Part shown: one piece after another, positions 47,960 through 57,346 of the stretch
How the letters are laid out: the number at the start of each line of letters is the position of its first letter
How positions within the stretch are numbered: position 1 is the stretch's first letter
Assembly: GCA_045531455.1 (NCBI GenBank)
Contig: JAZSEA010000112.1
Span: 16,196-80,195, forward strand
Length of the DNA stretch: 64,000 bases
Reading direction: 5' to 3'
DNA from: Eubacteriales bacterium
Lineage (GTDB): Bacteria; Bacillota; Clostridia; Oscillospirales; CAG-272
The notes under the pieces: generated by a model
What the model saw: only the letters and a program-made list of their open reading frames with translations
The model's database searches: none
Told to the model about the DNA's origin: nothing
Made by a program: the position numbers and the translations under genes

Positions 47960-48513
47960 AATGCAACTCCTTCCTTTTTAAGTGTCTCCGCGAGTTTTTC
48001 GCGGGTTCTGTGCAGAGATACCTTGACGCGGCTCTCGCCGAATCCGAACTGACGGCAGATATCTGCAATGCTGTCGCCGTACCAATATCTGCGGACAAAC
48101 ATCTGTCGGTCGCTTTTGCTCAAGGTGCGCAAAAAGGTATCAATGATAAGTCCGATGCGGCGCGAATCGTATTCCTCCGCAAGGTCGCAACCGTCGGGGA
48201 TGAGCCCGAGAAGCTCGAGCGAGACCTCGCTCATATTGCCGCCGCGCTTATATGCCCGATCCTTTCTGTAGCGCATAAGCGCAAAGTTTCGGACGATCTT
48301 TCCGAGGAAAGCCGAAAGCTGACGCGGTCTCTCGGGCGGGATAGAGCTCCAGGCGGCAAGGTAGGTGTCGTTGACACATTCCTCCGAGTCCTGACGGTTT
48401 GAGAGAATATTGTTTGCGACGGTGAAGCAGTAGGACTCGTATTTCTCTGCGGTGTACTTGATCGCCGCCTCGTCTCTCGCAAAATATAATTCTATGATCT
48501 TTTCGTCTGTCAT
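47956..48513 (-). CDS. ECF sigma-70 factor
   Basis: MTDEKIIELYFARDE, DSEECVNDTYL, FVRRYWYG, VKVSLHRTREKL; start reassigned to ATG 48513. Confidence 0.93.
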   Translation of the reverse strand: MTDEKIIELYFARDEAAIKYTAEKYESYCFTVANNILSNRQDSEECVNDTYLAAWSSIPPERPRQLSAFLGKIVRNFALMRYRKDRAYKRGGNMSEVSLELLGLIPDGCDLAEEYDSRRIGLIIDTFLRTLSKSDRQMFVRRYWYGDSIADICRQFGFGESRVKVSLHRTREKLAETLKKEGVAL

Positions 48514-48665
48514 TTTATTTCTCCGGTGTGGTTTTGTCTTCACACGTATAGATGCAAAAAATTCGTTTGGGTTACATTTTTTGATAAAAATCTTTTCTCA
48601 CCTCTATTTTATCATTTTTCGGGCGGTAATGCAATAGTTTGTTTGCCTTGCGGATAATAAAATAC

Positions 48666-48694
48666 TTGACAATCGAGAAAAAATGTAGTAATAT
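48666..48694 (+). promoter_or_regulatory. SigmaA promoter
   Basis: TTGACA-N17-TAATAT. Confidence 0.6.
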
Positions 48695-48725
48695 TATTAT
48701 ATATAACTTATAAAGGAGAACTACT

Positions 48726-50018
48726 ATGAGTGAATATATCAGAATAGGCGTTGTCGGAACGGGAAGAGGAAAGACATTTATGAAGCCCGCTGAATGCACG
48801 GGTCTTAAGCTTGCCGCAGTTTGCGACCGCCGTCCCGAAAAGCTTGCCGTCATCAAGGCAAAATACGACACCGACGGAACCCTTATGACCTTTACCGATT
48901 ACGACGAAATGCTGAAATCGGATATCGATGCCGTCATTCTTGCGAATTATTTCAACGAGCACGCCGAATTTGCGATCAAGGCTCTGCGTGCGGGTAAGCA
49001 CGTTCTCTCCGAGTGCACCGCTATGTCCACCCTTGCCGAGGGAGTTGCGCTCTGCCGTGCTGTCGAGGAAACGGGAAAGATCTATATGATCGCTGAAAAC
49101 TATCCATACACAAAGCAGAGACTCGAGATCAAGCGCGTTTACGATTCGGGTGAGCTCGGCGAGATGCTCTACGGTGAGGCTGAATACTGCCATCCGATGT
49201 CGAACAACACTACCTTCAAATACGCGCCCGGAGAATATCATTGGCGCAATCAGATCCCCTCTACATATTACTGCACGCACGCGATCGCGCAGATAATGCA
49301 TATCACCGACACGATGCCGGTTCGCGTCAACGGCTTCGTTCCGCGGATCAAGGATCAGAACTACCGCGAGTATGAATACCGTCAGCAGGATTCGGGCGGA
49401 GTTATCGTTTGTCAGATGGATAACGGCGCCGTTGTCCGCACGCTCCAGGGCGCGTTCAGGACTCATTCGGGTATTGCCAGACTCTACGGAACAAAAGGTG
49501 CCGCAGAGGTAGAAAGGCAGACGGGCAACGTCGTGATCTATCATTCCGAGGTCAACGGCAAGGAGCTTGAGCCCTATCGCTCTTATGAAGCAGATTGGCC
49601 CGAGCACGGCGATCTCGCATCCGAGGCGGGTCACGGCGGCGGAGATTTCTGGGTACAGTACTACTTCGGCGAGGCTATCCGCAAGAACGAACAGCCCTAT
49701 CTCAACGTCTACCGCGCTTGCGCGATGTCGTCCGTCGGAATTCTTGCTTGGAAATCAGTGCTTTCGGGCGGTATGCCCTTTGACGTTCCCAAGTGGGATG
49801 ACGAGGAGGACCGCAAGAGATACGAAAACGATAACTTTACTCCCTTCCTGAAGGAAGGCGACGACCCCGCAGATCATCCTCCGCGTGCGGTTGCTTGGAA
49901 GCCCCATCCCGAGGCGCACGATCGCGCAAAGGCTGTATGGGAGGAGACCGATTACCTCGGACTCGGTTGGTCAAAGAAGGATATCGATATGTCTTTTGAC
50001 AAAGTAGAAATGAACTGA
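48726..50018 (+). CDS. Gfo/Idh/MocA family oxidoreductase (GH109-like)
   Basis: IGVVGTGRG, GKHVLSE, AENY, YCTH, GHGGGD. Confidence 0.88.
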   Translation: MSEYIRIGVVGTGRGKTFMKPAECTGLKLAAVCDRRPEKLAVIKAKYDTDGTLMTFTDYDEMLKSDIDAVILANYFNEHAEFAIKALRAGKHVLSECTAMSTLAEGVALCRAVEETGKIYMIAENYPYTKQRLEIKRVYDSGELGEMLYGEAEYCHPMSNNTTFKYAPGEYHWRNQIPSTYYCTHAIAQIMHITDTMPVRVNGFVPRIKDQNYREYEYRQQDSGGVIVCQMDNGAVVRTLQGAFRTHSGIARLYGTKGAAEVERQTGNVVIYHSEVNGKELEPYRSYEADWPEHGDLASEAGHGGGDFWVQYYFGEAIRKNEQPYLNVYRACAMSSVGILAWKSVLSGGMPFDVPKWDDEEDRKRYENDNFTPFLKEGDDPADHPPRAVAWKPHPEAHDRAKAVWEETDYLGLGWSKKDIDMSFDKVEMN

Positions 50019-50032
50019 TAAAGGAAAAATCG

Positions 50033-51820
50033 ATGAAAAAACGTATATTAATCCTGCTTTTTGCACTTATTCTATCCGCAGCTCTTCTTGTATCCTGCGG
50101 AAACGGTAATCCCGAAGAAACCACACAGACTCCCGATACAACCGTCGAGGAAACACAGCCGCAGGACGAGGGCATAGTCCTCTTTGCTCCCGGCGTTTGC
50201 GAGTACCGTATAGTATATCCCTCGGACGATACCGATGCCGAATTCAACGCGGCACGCAAGCTTCAGAGTATGATCGAGGAAGCAAGCGGAGTCAAACCCG
50301 ATACAGTCAGAGCAAATAACAGCTATTTTAAGGAAGCCGATCCGTCTGCGAAGGAAATAGTCCTCAGCTTCGTTGATATCGAGGAATTCCACGCGGCTAT
50401 CTCGGAGACCAAAAATTACAATACGTATATAGTCCGCGTTTCGGGTAACAAGATCATTGTTACGGGACACGAACGCGAGGGCTTCGAGAAGGCATTCGAG
50501 GTCTTTGCTGAATATATCGTAAACAATACCGTTGAGGGAAAGGCAACGATCCCGAGTGATCTCGTCCTTTCGGGAAGCACGGAAAACAAAGACAGCAAGG
50601 CTTTCTATGAGGTGCCTTCGTATCCCGGCGGAATGATCGAGGATTTTTCTCTCCTCGGCGACAATTACGATCAGGTCACGATTTATAAGACCGATGCCGA
50701 TATGTATGAGGCTTACCAAGACATTCTTGTTGCGGATGGATATGCGCTTTACAGCGAAAACGAGATCGCGGGTAATCTCTATTCCACATACACCAAGGAA
50801 GACGAGATGCTTTACTATTATTTCTGCCCGAATACGGGTGAGACCCGCGTTATAATTGCAGAGGACGTAAATCTTCCCTCCCTTGAAGAAATAAAATACA
50901 CCAAAGTTTGTGAGCCCGCGTTTATCTGCCTGCGCAGCCTTAACGAAAAGGGCGCAGTATCGGGTGACTCGCAGGGATGCATCATCCGTTTTGCGGACGG
51001 AAGCTTTATGATCTATGACGGAGGTAACAACAACACTTATCAGTCGAAGCAGATCTATGATCTTCTCATCAACTTCGCTCCCGATCCGCAGAACGTCGTT
51101 GTACGCGCTTGGGTGTTCTCGCATTATCACGGCGACCATATCGGTGCTTTCAGAAACTACGTTGACAGATACGGACGCAACAAGGTCATCAAGATCGAAA
51201 GCTTCATATTCAATTTCTGCGATACAAAGGAGCAGACCGAGACGATCAGCCCCGGTCAGATGGCTGCGGTCAAAAGCGCGATCAAAACGCTCGACTCCAA
51301 GATACCCGTCTATAAATGCCTGACGGGTCAGATCTACCGCTTCCCGGGTATGGATATGGAGATCCTGGCTTGTATGTCCGACTTTATTCCGCTTGTTATC
51401 GGCTATGAGAGATCGGATGCAGACAAGACGAAGGGAGACGGTAACTCGATGTCGACGGTCGTAAGACTTAAAACACCCGAGGGCAACACCTGTATGCTGA
51501 CGGGTGACTCGACAAATATCGTTCTTGACTGTATGGTTGACCGCTACGGCGCGGAATATCTCGATTCGGATATCGTAACGACTCCTCATCACGCGCACAA
51601 CCGCGAAAGCTACCGCGCGAGAAACGCGACGATCAAGTTCTATGATGCGGTTAAGCCCGAGATCCTTGTCGTCACTTCGCCGAATATGAATAAGTTCACG
51701 CCTACGGGCAGTTATCCCTACGAGGTTAACGTCCACGTTATCAATACCTACAATCCCGAGATCTATAAGATGGATAAGGTCAGACTGATCAATTTGTCTA
51801 CTCTTTCGGAGATAAAATAA
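50033..51820 (+). CDS. Lipoprotein with MBL-fold metallo-hydrolase domain
   Basis: LVSC lipobox; DGSFMIYDGG, SHYHGDH, LTGD, PHH. Confidence 0.85.
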   Translation: MKKRILILLFALILSAALLVSCGNGNPEETTQTPDTTVEETQPQDEGIVLFAPGVCEYRIVYPSDDTDAEFNAARKLQSMIEEASGVKPDTVRANNSYFKEADPSAKEIVLSFVDIEEFHAAISETKNYNTYIVRVSGNKIIVTGHEREGFEKAFEVFAEYIVNNTVEGKATIPSDLVLSGSTENKDSKAFYEVPSYPGGMIEDFSLLGDNYDQVTIYKTDADMYEAYQDILVADGYALYSENEIAGNLYSTYTKEDEMLYYYFCPNTGETRVIIAEDVNLPSLEEIKYTKVCEPAFICLRSLNEKGAVSGDSQGCIIRFADGSFMIYDGGNNNTYQSKQIYDLLINFAPDPQNVVVRAWVFSHYHGDHIGAFRNYVDRYGRNKVIKIESFIFNFCDTKEQTETISPGQMAAVKSAIKTLDSKIPVYKCLTGQIYRFPGMDMEILACMSDFIPLVIGYERSDADKTKGDGNSMSTVVRLKTPEGNTCMLTGDSTNIVLDCMVDRYGAEYLDSDIVTTPHHAHNRESYRARNATIKFYDAVKPEILVVTSPNMNKFTPTGSYPYEVNVHVINTYNPEIYKMDKVRLINLSTLSEIK

Positions 51821-51822
51821 AC

Positions 51823-51856
51823 ACAAAAACGCACAGACCCGTTCTGTGCGTTTTGT
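51823..51856 (+). terminator. Intrinsic terminator-like hairpin
   Basis: ACAAAACGCACAGA-CCCGT-TCTGTGCGTTTTGT. Confidence 0.7.
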
Positions 51857-51872
51857 CAAAAGGAGAATTATT

Positions 51873-53786
51873 ATGATCAATATGTCGTATATCCCGATGA
51901 TACTCAAATATACCTCGCCTGCAGAAGCTCCGATCAGCTTCAAGCTCGGAAGAAGAGTGATCAAGGGTATCCCCGAGGAATTTTCGCCCAAGGTGAGCCG
52001 TGAGTTCATCGATTCAAATATATTGAAGATAACCGTCAAGGGTCAGAACAAAAACGGTTTGCGCATCAAGGCGGACTATACCGAATACCGCGATTTCCCC
52101 GTGACCGAGTGGAGATTCACTCTGATCAACAACGGCAGACGCGATACACCGATCATCTCCGAACTTCGAGTAGGCGGCGAGATCGCTTGCGGAAGATCGG
52201 TCATCAAATACGGAAACGGCGACACCTGCCGACGCGACGGATACAGCTTCATTGAAAGGGAAGTTGACGAAAAGATCACTCTGACACCCTCTTCGGGTAC
52301 TTCGTGTCAAGGTGCGTTTCCTTATATGACTCTCCGCGGAGAGGGCGTCGAGGTTCGTGCCGCTATCGGATTCCCCGCAAAATGGGTAGCAGAGGTCGCG
52401 CCCTTCGAGAATGGGATTTCCATCCTCTGCGGTCAGGACAGATGCCATACGAGACTTTCTTCGGGCGAATCCTTTACCTCACCCCGCCTTACCCTTATGG
52501 CTTACGGAGCGGGAAGCGAGTACAGAGGTATCAATATCTGGAGAAGATTCTATTTTGCGCATATTCTGCCGAAGGACAACGGCGCGCCGATGCAGCCAAA
52601 ACTTTGTCTCCATAATTGGCGCGCGGAAGGCAAACCCGAGTTTACGGGCGCGACCGAGGAAAATCAGCTCGGCGCGATGAAGGATTATCTCGGACGCGGA
52701 ATGAAGCCCGACGTCTGGTGGATCGATGCGGGATGGTATCCCTGCGATTATAATTGGCCTCGCATCGGAACTTGGAAGGTGGATGAAAACCGCTTTCCGC
52801 GCGGACTCGCGCCCATAGGTAAGGCTTGCAAGGAAAATGATATTGATTTGCTGCTTTGGTTTGAACCCGAGCGTGTCCGCACGGGTGAGGAGATCGACCG
52901 CGAGCATCCAGAATTTCTTCTTTCGGTTGAAGGGAATGACAATAAGCTCTTCGACCTCGGCAACCCCGAGGCGAGAGAATGGATAACCGACCGCGTGGAT
53001 TCAATAATCAAGGCGTCGGGCGTTAAGATCTACCGTCAGGATTTCAATTTCGATCCGCTCCCTATATGGAAGGCAAACGAGGCTCCCGACCGCGTAGGCT
53101 TCCTTGAAAACCGCCACGCAATGGGTTATCTCGCGTATTGGGATGAACTTGTTCTCCGTAATCCGGGGCTTATAATCGACTCCTGCGCTTCGGGCGGACG
53201 TCGTAACGATCTTGAAACGATGCGCCGTGCGATCACGCTTCACTATACCGACGTCGGCTACGGCGATCATCCGATCAAGCAGAAGCAACACCGCGAGATG
53301 TTCGAGTGGATCCCCTATTTCCGCGCACATAATATGAATTGGTTCGACTCTGAAAGCGGCAATTACGACGGCAAGGAGCACGCGCCCGATGAATTTGCTT
53401 ATCAGAATGCCTTTGTACCGTCGATGACGGATATGATCCCCTACAACGCGGACGACGTCAAGCTCGCGCTCGAAATGCAGTCGCTCTGGCGAAAGGTTGC
53501 CGAGATAGAGCTTGAAGGTGATTATTATCCGATCACAGAATGCCGCGGCTCGACCGGGGATTGGTACGCTATGCAGTTCGACGACGCCGAAAAACGCCGC
53601 GGCTTCCTTCAGATCATCCGCAACGCCGATGCCGAAGTGGATAGCTTCAACTTTGTTCTTCCTTGCATCGAAGACGGCTCAAAATACTCGACTTCGGAAG
53701 GAGAGTTCACTTCTGATGAGCTCCGACGTGGAATCGAGATAAAGCTTGATCAGCGCGAGGCAAAGGTGATTATTTATAGGTATTAA
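51873..53786 (+). CDS. Alpha-galactosidase (GH36-like)
   Basis: WWIDAGW, RFPRGL, LLWFEPE, RQDFN, IDSCASGGRRND; start at ATG 51873 after AGGAG. Confidence 0.9.
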   Translation: MINMSYIPMILKYTSPAEAPISFKLGRRVIKGIPEEFSPKVSREFIDSNILKITVKGQNKNGLRIKADYTEYRDFPVTEWRFTLINNGRRDTPIISELRVGGEIACGRSVIKYGNGDTCRRDGYSFIEREVDEKITLTPSSGTSCQGAFPYMTLRGEGVEVRAAIGFPAKWVAEVAPFENGISILCGQDRCHTRLSSGESFTSPRLTLMAYGAGSEYRGINIWRRFYFAHILPKDNGAPMQPKLCLHNWRAEGKPEFTGATEENQLGAMKDYLGRGMKPDVWWIDAGWYPCDYNWPRIGTWKVDENRFPRGLAPIGKACKENDIDLLLWFEPERVRTGEEIDREHPEFLLSVEGNDNKLFDLGNPEAREWITDRVDSIIKASGVKIYRQDFNFDPLPIWKANEAPDRVGFLENRHAMGYLAYWDELVLRNPGLIIDSCASGGRRNDLETMRRAITLHYTDVGYGDHPIKQKQHREMFEWIPYFRAHNMNWFDSESGNYDGKEHAPDEFAYQNAFVPSMTDMIPYNADDVKLALEMQSLWRKVAEIELEGDYYPITECRGSTGDWYAMQFDDAEKRRGFLQIIRNADAEVDSFNFVLPCIEDGSKYSTSEGEFTSDELRRGIEIKLDQREAKVIIYRY

Positions 53787-53787
53787 T

Positions 53788-54291
53788 ATGGAAAAGACCA
53801 AACAGATTCAATCTCCGTTGCATACCTCAATTGTGCTGTTGATATCTTCATTAGTGTTTTTGATTTTATTAATTGTTTCGATCAGCGATTACAATAAATC
53901 CCAAACGTCTTACAGCGATCTGACATATAAAGAATTTACCGTTGACGAAGTGATCAAGAGAAATGATCCCGAAATGGGTTACTCATATTACATCAGCGTT
54001 TGCGAAACGGAAAAGCGTATATTTGTCAATAATCTGCTTACAAAGCGAGCTGTCATAGAAGGCTTGGATTCTTTGAAAAAAGGGGATAAGATATTTTGCT
54101 ACCTTATAGAAAGATCTTCAAATTATGATGCCGTTGAGATAAAGCACGATGCGGTGATTTTATCGTTGGAAGAATACAATGATATTTACCGTAATAATAG
54201 TCTATTGGGATTGATTGTTATGCCGATAGGATTCATACTGTTTATTGCTTTTTCGGTAAAATATCTATTTATTTATATAAATAAGCGATAG
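53788..54291 (+). CDS. Hypothetical membrane protein (two TM helices), AT-rich
   Basis: ORF with N- and C-terminal hydrophobic helices; visibly lower GC than flanks. Confidence 0.65.
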   Translation: MEKTKQIQSPLHTSIVLLISSLVFLILLIVSISDYNKSQTSYSDLTYKEFTVDEVIKRNDPEMGYSYYISVCETEKRIFVNNLLTKRAVIEGLDSLKKGDKIFCYLIERSSNYDAVEIKHDAVILSLEEYNDIYRNNSLLGLIVMPIGFILFIAFSVKYLFIYINKR

Positions 54292-54318
54292 AACATTAAT
54301 GTACGCACTTACAATATG

Positions 54319-54355
54319 GGGTGCAGGGGCGAAGCCCCCCTTCACCCCTGCACCC
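54319..54355. repeat. GC-rich REP-like hairpin
   Basis: GGGTGCAGGGGCGAAG-loop-CTTCACCCCTGCACCC. Confidence 0.6.
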
Positions 54356-54459
54356 TGAGTGCGAACATAGTGTTCTACTTTTTGTGGATATTGCTATATG
54401 TTGTTTTGTTAATCAGTAGCCTGAGCTACAGTTTGAAGCTCAGCTTTAATTATTGCTAA

Positions 54460-54549
54460 TAACTTCGCCGTAGGCGAACATTATCTTGCCGTAAGGCAAT
54501 ATTAACTCGCGCTTGCGCGATTTTAACTTGCGCTCTGCGCAATCTTAAC
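54460..54549. repeat. Array of four ~21-nt mini-hairpin units
   Basis: TTCGCC-GTA-GGCGAA, TTGCC-GTAA-GGCAA, TCGCGC-TT-GCGCGA, TTGCGC-TCT-GCGCAA joined by TTAAC-like linkers. Confidence 0.7.
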
Positions 54550-55209
54550 TTACATACAATACCCAATTATACTGACATACTGCAACACGCTTCCGATGAC
54601 TACGAAGATATGGAACACCGAGTGCAGATATTTATGTTTTTTGCCCACGCCGTAGATGATCGCGCCGATCGTGTATGCGATTCCGCCCGCGAGCATAAAG
54701 CCGAATCCCATCCAGCCCATACCGTCGATAGCGGCGGAGAAGTCGATCGCGATGCACCAGCCCATACCGATGTAGAAGACCATCGAGACCTTGCTGAACT
54801 TCTCCATATTCACCGCGGTCAGAACCACGGCGGGGATGAGAAGCGTCCATACGAGAACGAATACGACCCAAGCCATCTTCGGATCGGCATTGTGGACACC
54901 GATGAGTGCGGCGGGAGTGTATGTTCCCGCGATCAGAAAATATATCGTGCAATGGTCGAGTATCTGCATAACTCGCTTGCCGACACAGGGCGCGAGAGAA
55001 TGGTAGACACAGGAAACGGTGTAGAGAAGGATCAGCGATGCGCCGTATATCGAGCAGGCGGCGATCTCACGCGCGCCCTCTGCCTTGATCAGCGTCGTGA
55101 TGAGTACGAATATTCCGAATAGCGCGCCGAGTCCGTGGCTGATGGCGTTCCAAAGCTCTTCGCCGAGTGTGTATTTTGGGAGTAGTCTTTTGGCTTCTGC
55201 GTTGCTCAT
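54550..55209 (-). CDS. Hemolysin III (PAQR) family membrane protein
   Basis: EELWNAISHG, SCVYH, LDHCTIYFLIAGTYTP, HSVFHIFV. Confidence 0.95.
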   Translation of the reverse strand: MSNAEAKRLLPKYTLGEELWNAISHGLGALFGIFVLITTLIKAEGAREIAACSIYGASLILLYTVSCVYHSLAPCVGKRVMQILDHCTIYFLIAGTYTPAALIGVHNADPKMAWVVFVLVWTLLIPAVVLTAVNMEKFSKVSMVFYIGMGWCIAIDFSAAIDGMGWMGFGFMLAGGIAYTIGAIIYGVGKKHKYLHSVFHIFVVIGSVLQYVSIIGYCM

Positions 55210-55298
55210 GATTTACCTCGTGGTGTTTTGTGCTATCTGTATTATATCCCAATCTGTCGGTAGAAGCAACCTACACCGCAAAGATTCGGGTAGAATCA

Positions 55299-55334
55299 AA
55301 AAATACCCCACTCTACTGTCGGTAGAGTGGGGTA
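55299..55334 (-). terminator. Intrinsic terminator
   Basis: TACCCCACTCTAC-N5-GTAGAGTGGGGTA with a T-tract on the minus strand. Confidence 0.78.
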
Positions 55335-55389
55335 AACTTTGCGTTTATCAGGTCTTTAAGTGATCAAAAAACGCATTTAAGCGACTGAT

Positions 55390-56472
55390 TTAGCAGATCT
55401 CAATGAGTTCCTTGGGAGAATGGGTGAAATTGAGAATACCGTCGTCGAGAACTGCAACCATATCCTCGATTCTGCATCCGTACTTGCCCTCGATGTAGAT
55501 TCCGGGCTCACAGGTAACGATGTGTCCGGGGGTAAGCTTGCGATCTGCGGGCATAACCTTCTGCGAAAGACCGGGAGCCTCGTGGATGTACATTCCGACG
55601 CCGTGACCGAGCGAGTGACCGAAGCGTCCCTCGTAGCCCGCGCCGTCGATAATGTCGCGCGCGATCTTGTCCATCTCGCGGCAGAGTGCGCCGGGCTTCA
55701 TAGCGGCAAGTGCGGCAAGCTGTGCCTCGAGAACCGTGTTGTAAAGACGCTTCATCTCGTCGTCAGCCTTGCCGATGACGATGGTACGGGTCATATCCGA
55801 GCAATAGCCGTCAACCTTTGCGCCGTAGTCCATAGTGAGGAAGCCCTTCTCGAGCTGAACGTTTCTCGGAACGCCGTGGGGAAGTGCGGAAGCCTTGCCC
55901 GAAACCGCAATGGTCTCGAAGGCGATCGACTCGGCACCGTGCGAGCGCATAAAAAATTCAAGCTCGAGAGCAACGTCGATCTCGGTCATATCGGGACGGA
56001 TGAATTCAATGATGTGCTTGAATGCCTCGTCGGCGATGTCCTGTGCCTTTGCGGTCGATGCGATCTCGTCGGCATCCTTGAATTCGCGGAGCTTGTCGAT
56101 GATGGCGGATGCACCGCCCTTGACCTCGCAACCCTCAAAAACGCTCTTGAACGCCTCGTAGAGCGAGAGCGAGATCGTTGCTTCTTCAACCGCAACAGTC
56201 TTTGCACAGCAGTCCTTGATGATATCGTAGCAGTAGAGCGACTGACGCTTGTCTGGCGTAACGATCTCAAATTCTGCTGCAGCCTTCGATGCCTTTCCCG
56301 CCTCGATGTAGCGGAAGTCGGTGATTAGCACCGCGCGGGTTGCACTCACAAGAACGAGACCGTCCTGATAGTTGAAACCCGTGATGTATCTCTGATTGAC
56401 CTCGGACGAAATGATAACGGCATCAAAGCCCTTTTCCGCCATAGCGGCGCGAAGTTTTTCGAGTTTTGTCAT
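55390..56472 (-). CDS. Xaa-Pro aminopeptidase (M24)
   Basis: TDFRY, SALPHG, MDYGA..GYCSDMTRT, HSLGHGVG..HE, EPGIY, RIED. Confidence 0.95.
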   Translation of the reverse strand: MTKLEKLRAAMAEKGFDAVIISSEVNQRYITGFNYQDGLVLVSATRAVLITDFRYIEAGKASKAAAEFEIVTPDKRQSLYCYDIIKDCCAKTVAVEEATISLSLYEAFKSVFEGCEVKGGASAIIDKLREFKDADEIASTAKAQDIADEAFKHIIEFIRPDMTEIDVALELEFFMRSHGAESIAFETIAVSGKASALPHGVPRNVQLEKGFLTMDYGAKVDGYCSDMTRTIVIGKADDEMKRLYNTVLEAQLAALAAMKPGALCREMDKIARDIIDGAGYEGRFGHSLGHGVGMYIHEAPGLSQKVMPADRKLTPGHIVTCEPGIYIEGKYGCRIEDMVAVLDDGILNFTHSPKELIEIC

Positions 56473-56494
56473 GATAAAATTCCTTCCATATATC

Positions 56495-57346
56495 TTACTT
56501 GATTAAATTTTCGAGTGTGTGTTTCATAAAGAGCGCATCGTCCTCCTGCGTTCCCGCTGATTCGCAGATGATTCGCGGCGAGAGACCGTCCTTGGCGATA
56601 ACCTCTGCAAGCGGCTCGAAGCTCGGACCGTAGACCTCGTCCTCAAAGGTCAGATGCTTTTTCTCGCCTGCGGACGTGTATTCGATCTTTGAAAAATGGC
56701 AATGAAGATTCTTTGCGTAGGAATCACCGAGAACCTCGCCGATCGAGTGGAAAACTCTGCGGTAAGCATCGGCATCGGGGAAGAGTCCGCCGACGTTGCG
56801 CGAATTCATATGTCCCCAGTCAACAACGGGGCAGAGGATCGGATCGATCTTGCAGAGCGCGATGACCTCCTCGAGTGTGCCGAGCTGATTGATCTTGCCC
56901 ATCGTCTCAAGACCGAGCTTGATAGGCTGATCGCCTATTTCTTCGAGCGTCTTATAAAGAGTATCAGCCGCGAGACTCATAGCCTCCTCGCGCGAGATCT
57001 TCGCCGCACTTCCCGTGTGGATTACGATTATATCCGCACCAAGCAGTGAAGCCGCGTGGAGTGAATCCTTGATATAGGTAATACTTTTGAGTCTTTTTTC
57101 GGGATCAACTCCCGAAAGCGAGATGAAATACGGCGTGTGAAGCGACATCGCAATGCCGTGGTGCTTGGCTTGATTACCGATAGCGGTCAGGGTGGCATCC
57201 GAAACACGCAGACCGTTGCCTGCCTGAAATTCATAGGCGTCAAGACCTATTTCTTTAAGCCACGCGGGAGCCTCGACGGTTGCCTTTCTGCCCGAGGCGT
57301 AAAAGGCGTCGCAGTTGCCCGCAGGACCGAATTTTGCAGTCATCAT
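56495..57346 (-). CDS. AP endonuclease 2 / endonuclease IV-like TIM barrel protein
   Basis: FGPAG, SLHTPYFISL, VIHTG, LETMGK, DWGH, HCHFS, HL, ICES. Confidence 0.88.
   Translation of the reverse strand: MMTAKFGPAGNCDAFYASGRKATVEAPAWLKEIGLDAYEFQAGNGLRVSDATLTAIGNQAKHHGIAMSLHTPYFISLSGVDPEKRLKSITYIKDSLHAASLLGADIIVIHTGSAAKISREEAMSLAADTLYKTLEEIGDQPIKLGLETMGKINQLGTLEEVIALCKIDPILCPVVDWGHMNSRNVGGLFPDADAYRRVFHSIGEVLGDSYAKNLHCHFSKIEYTSAGEKKHLTFEDEVYGPSFEPLAEVIAKDGLSPRIICESAGTQEDDALFMKHTLENLIK

Noticed and set aside
50072-52039. Long antisense ORFs (also 34677..36608, 28069..29487, 31917..32954)
   Set aside because: Shadows of well-supported genes on the opposite strand; no RBS or recognisable motifs
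54363-54375. LexA (Cheo) box GAAC...GTTC
   Set aside because: Spacer is 5 nt rather than 4 and it lies between convergent genes, not at a promoter
54460-54549. CRISPR array
   Set aside because: Units are ~21 nt with no unique spacers, stems are not identical, and no cas genes are in the window
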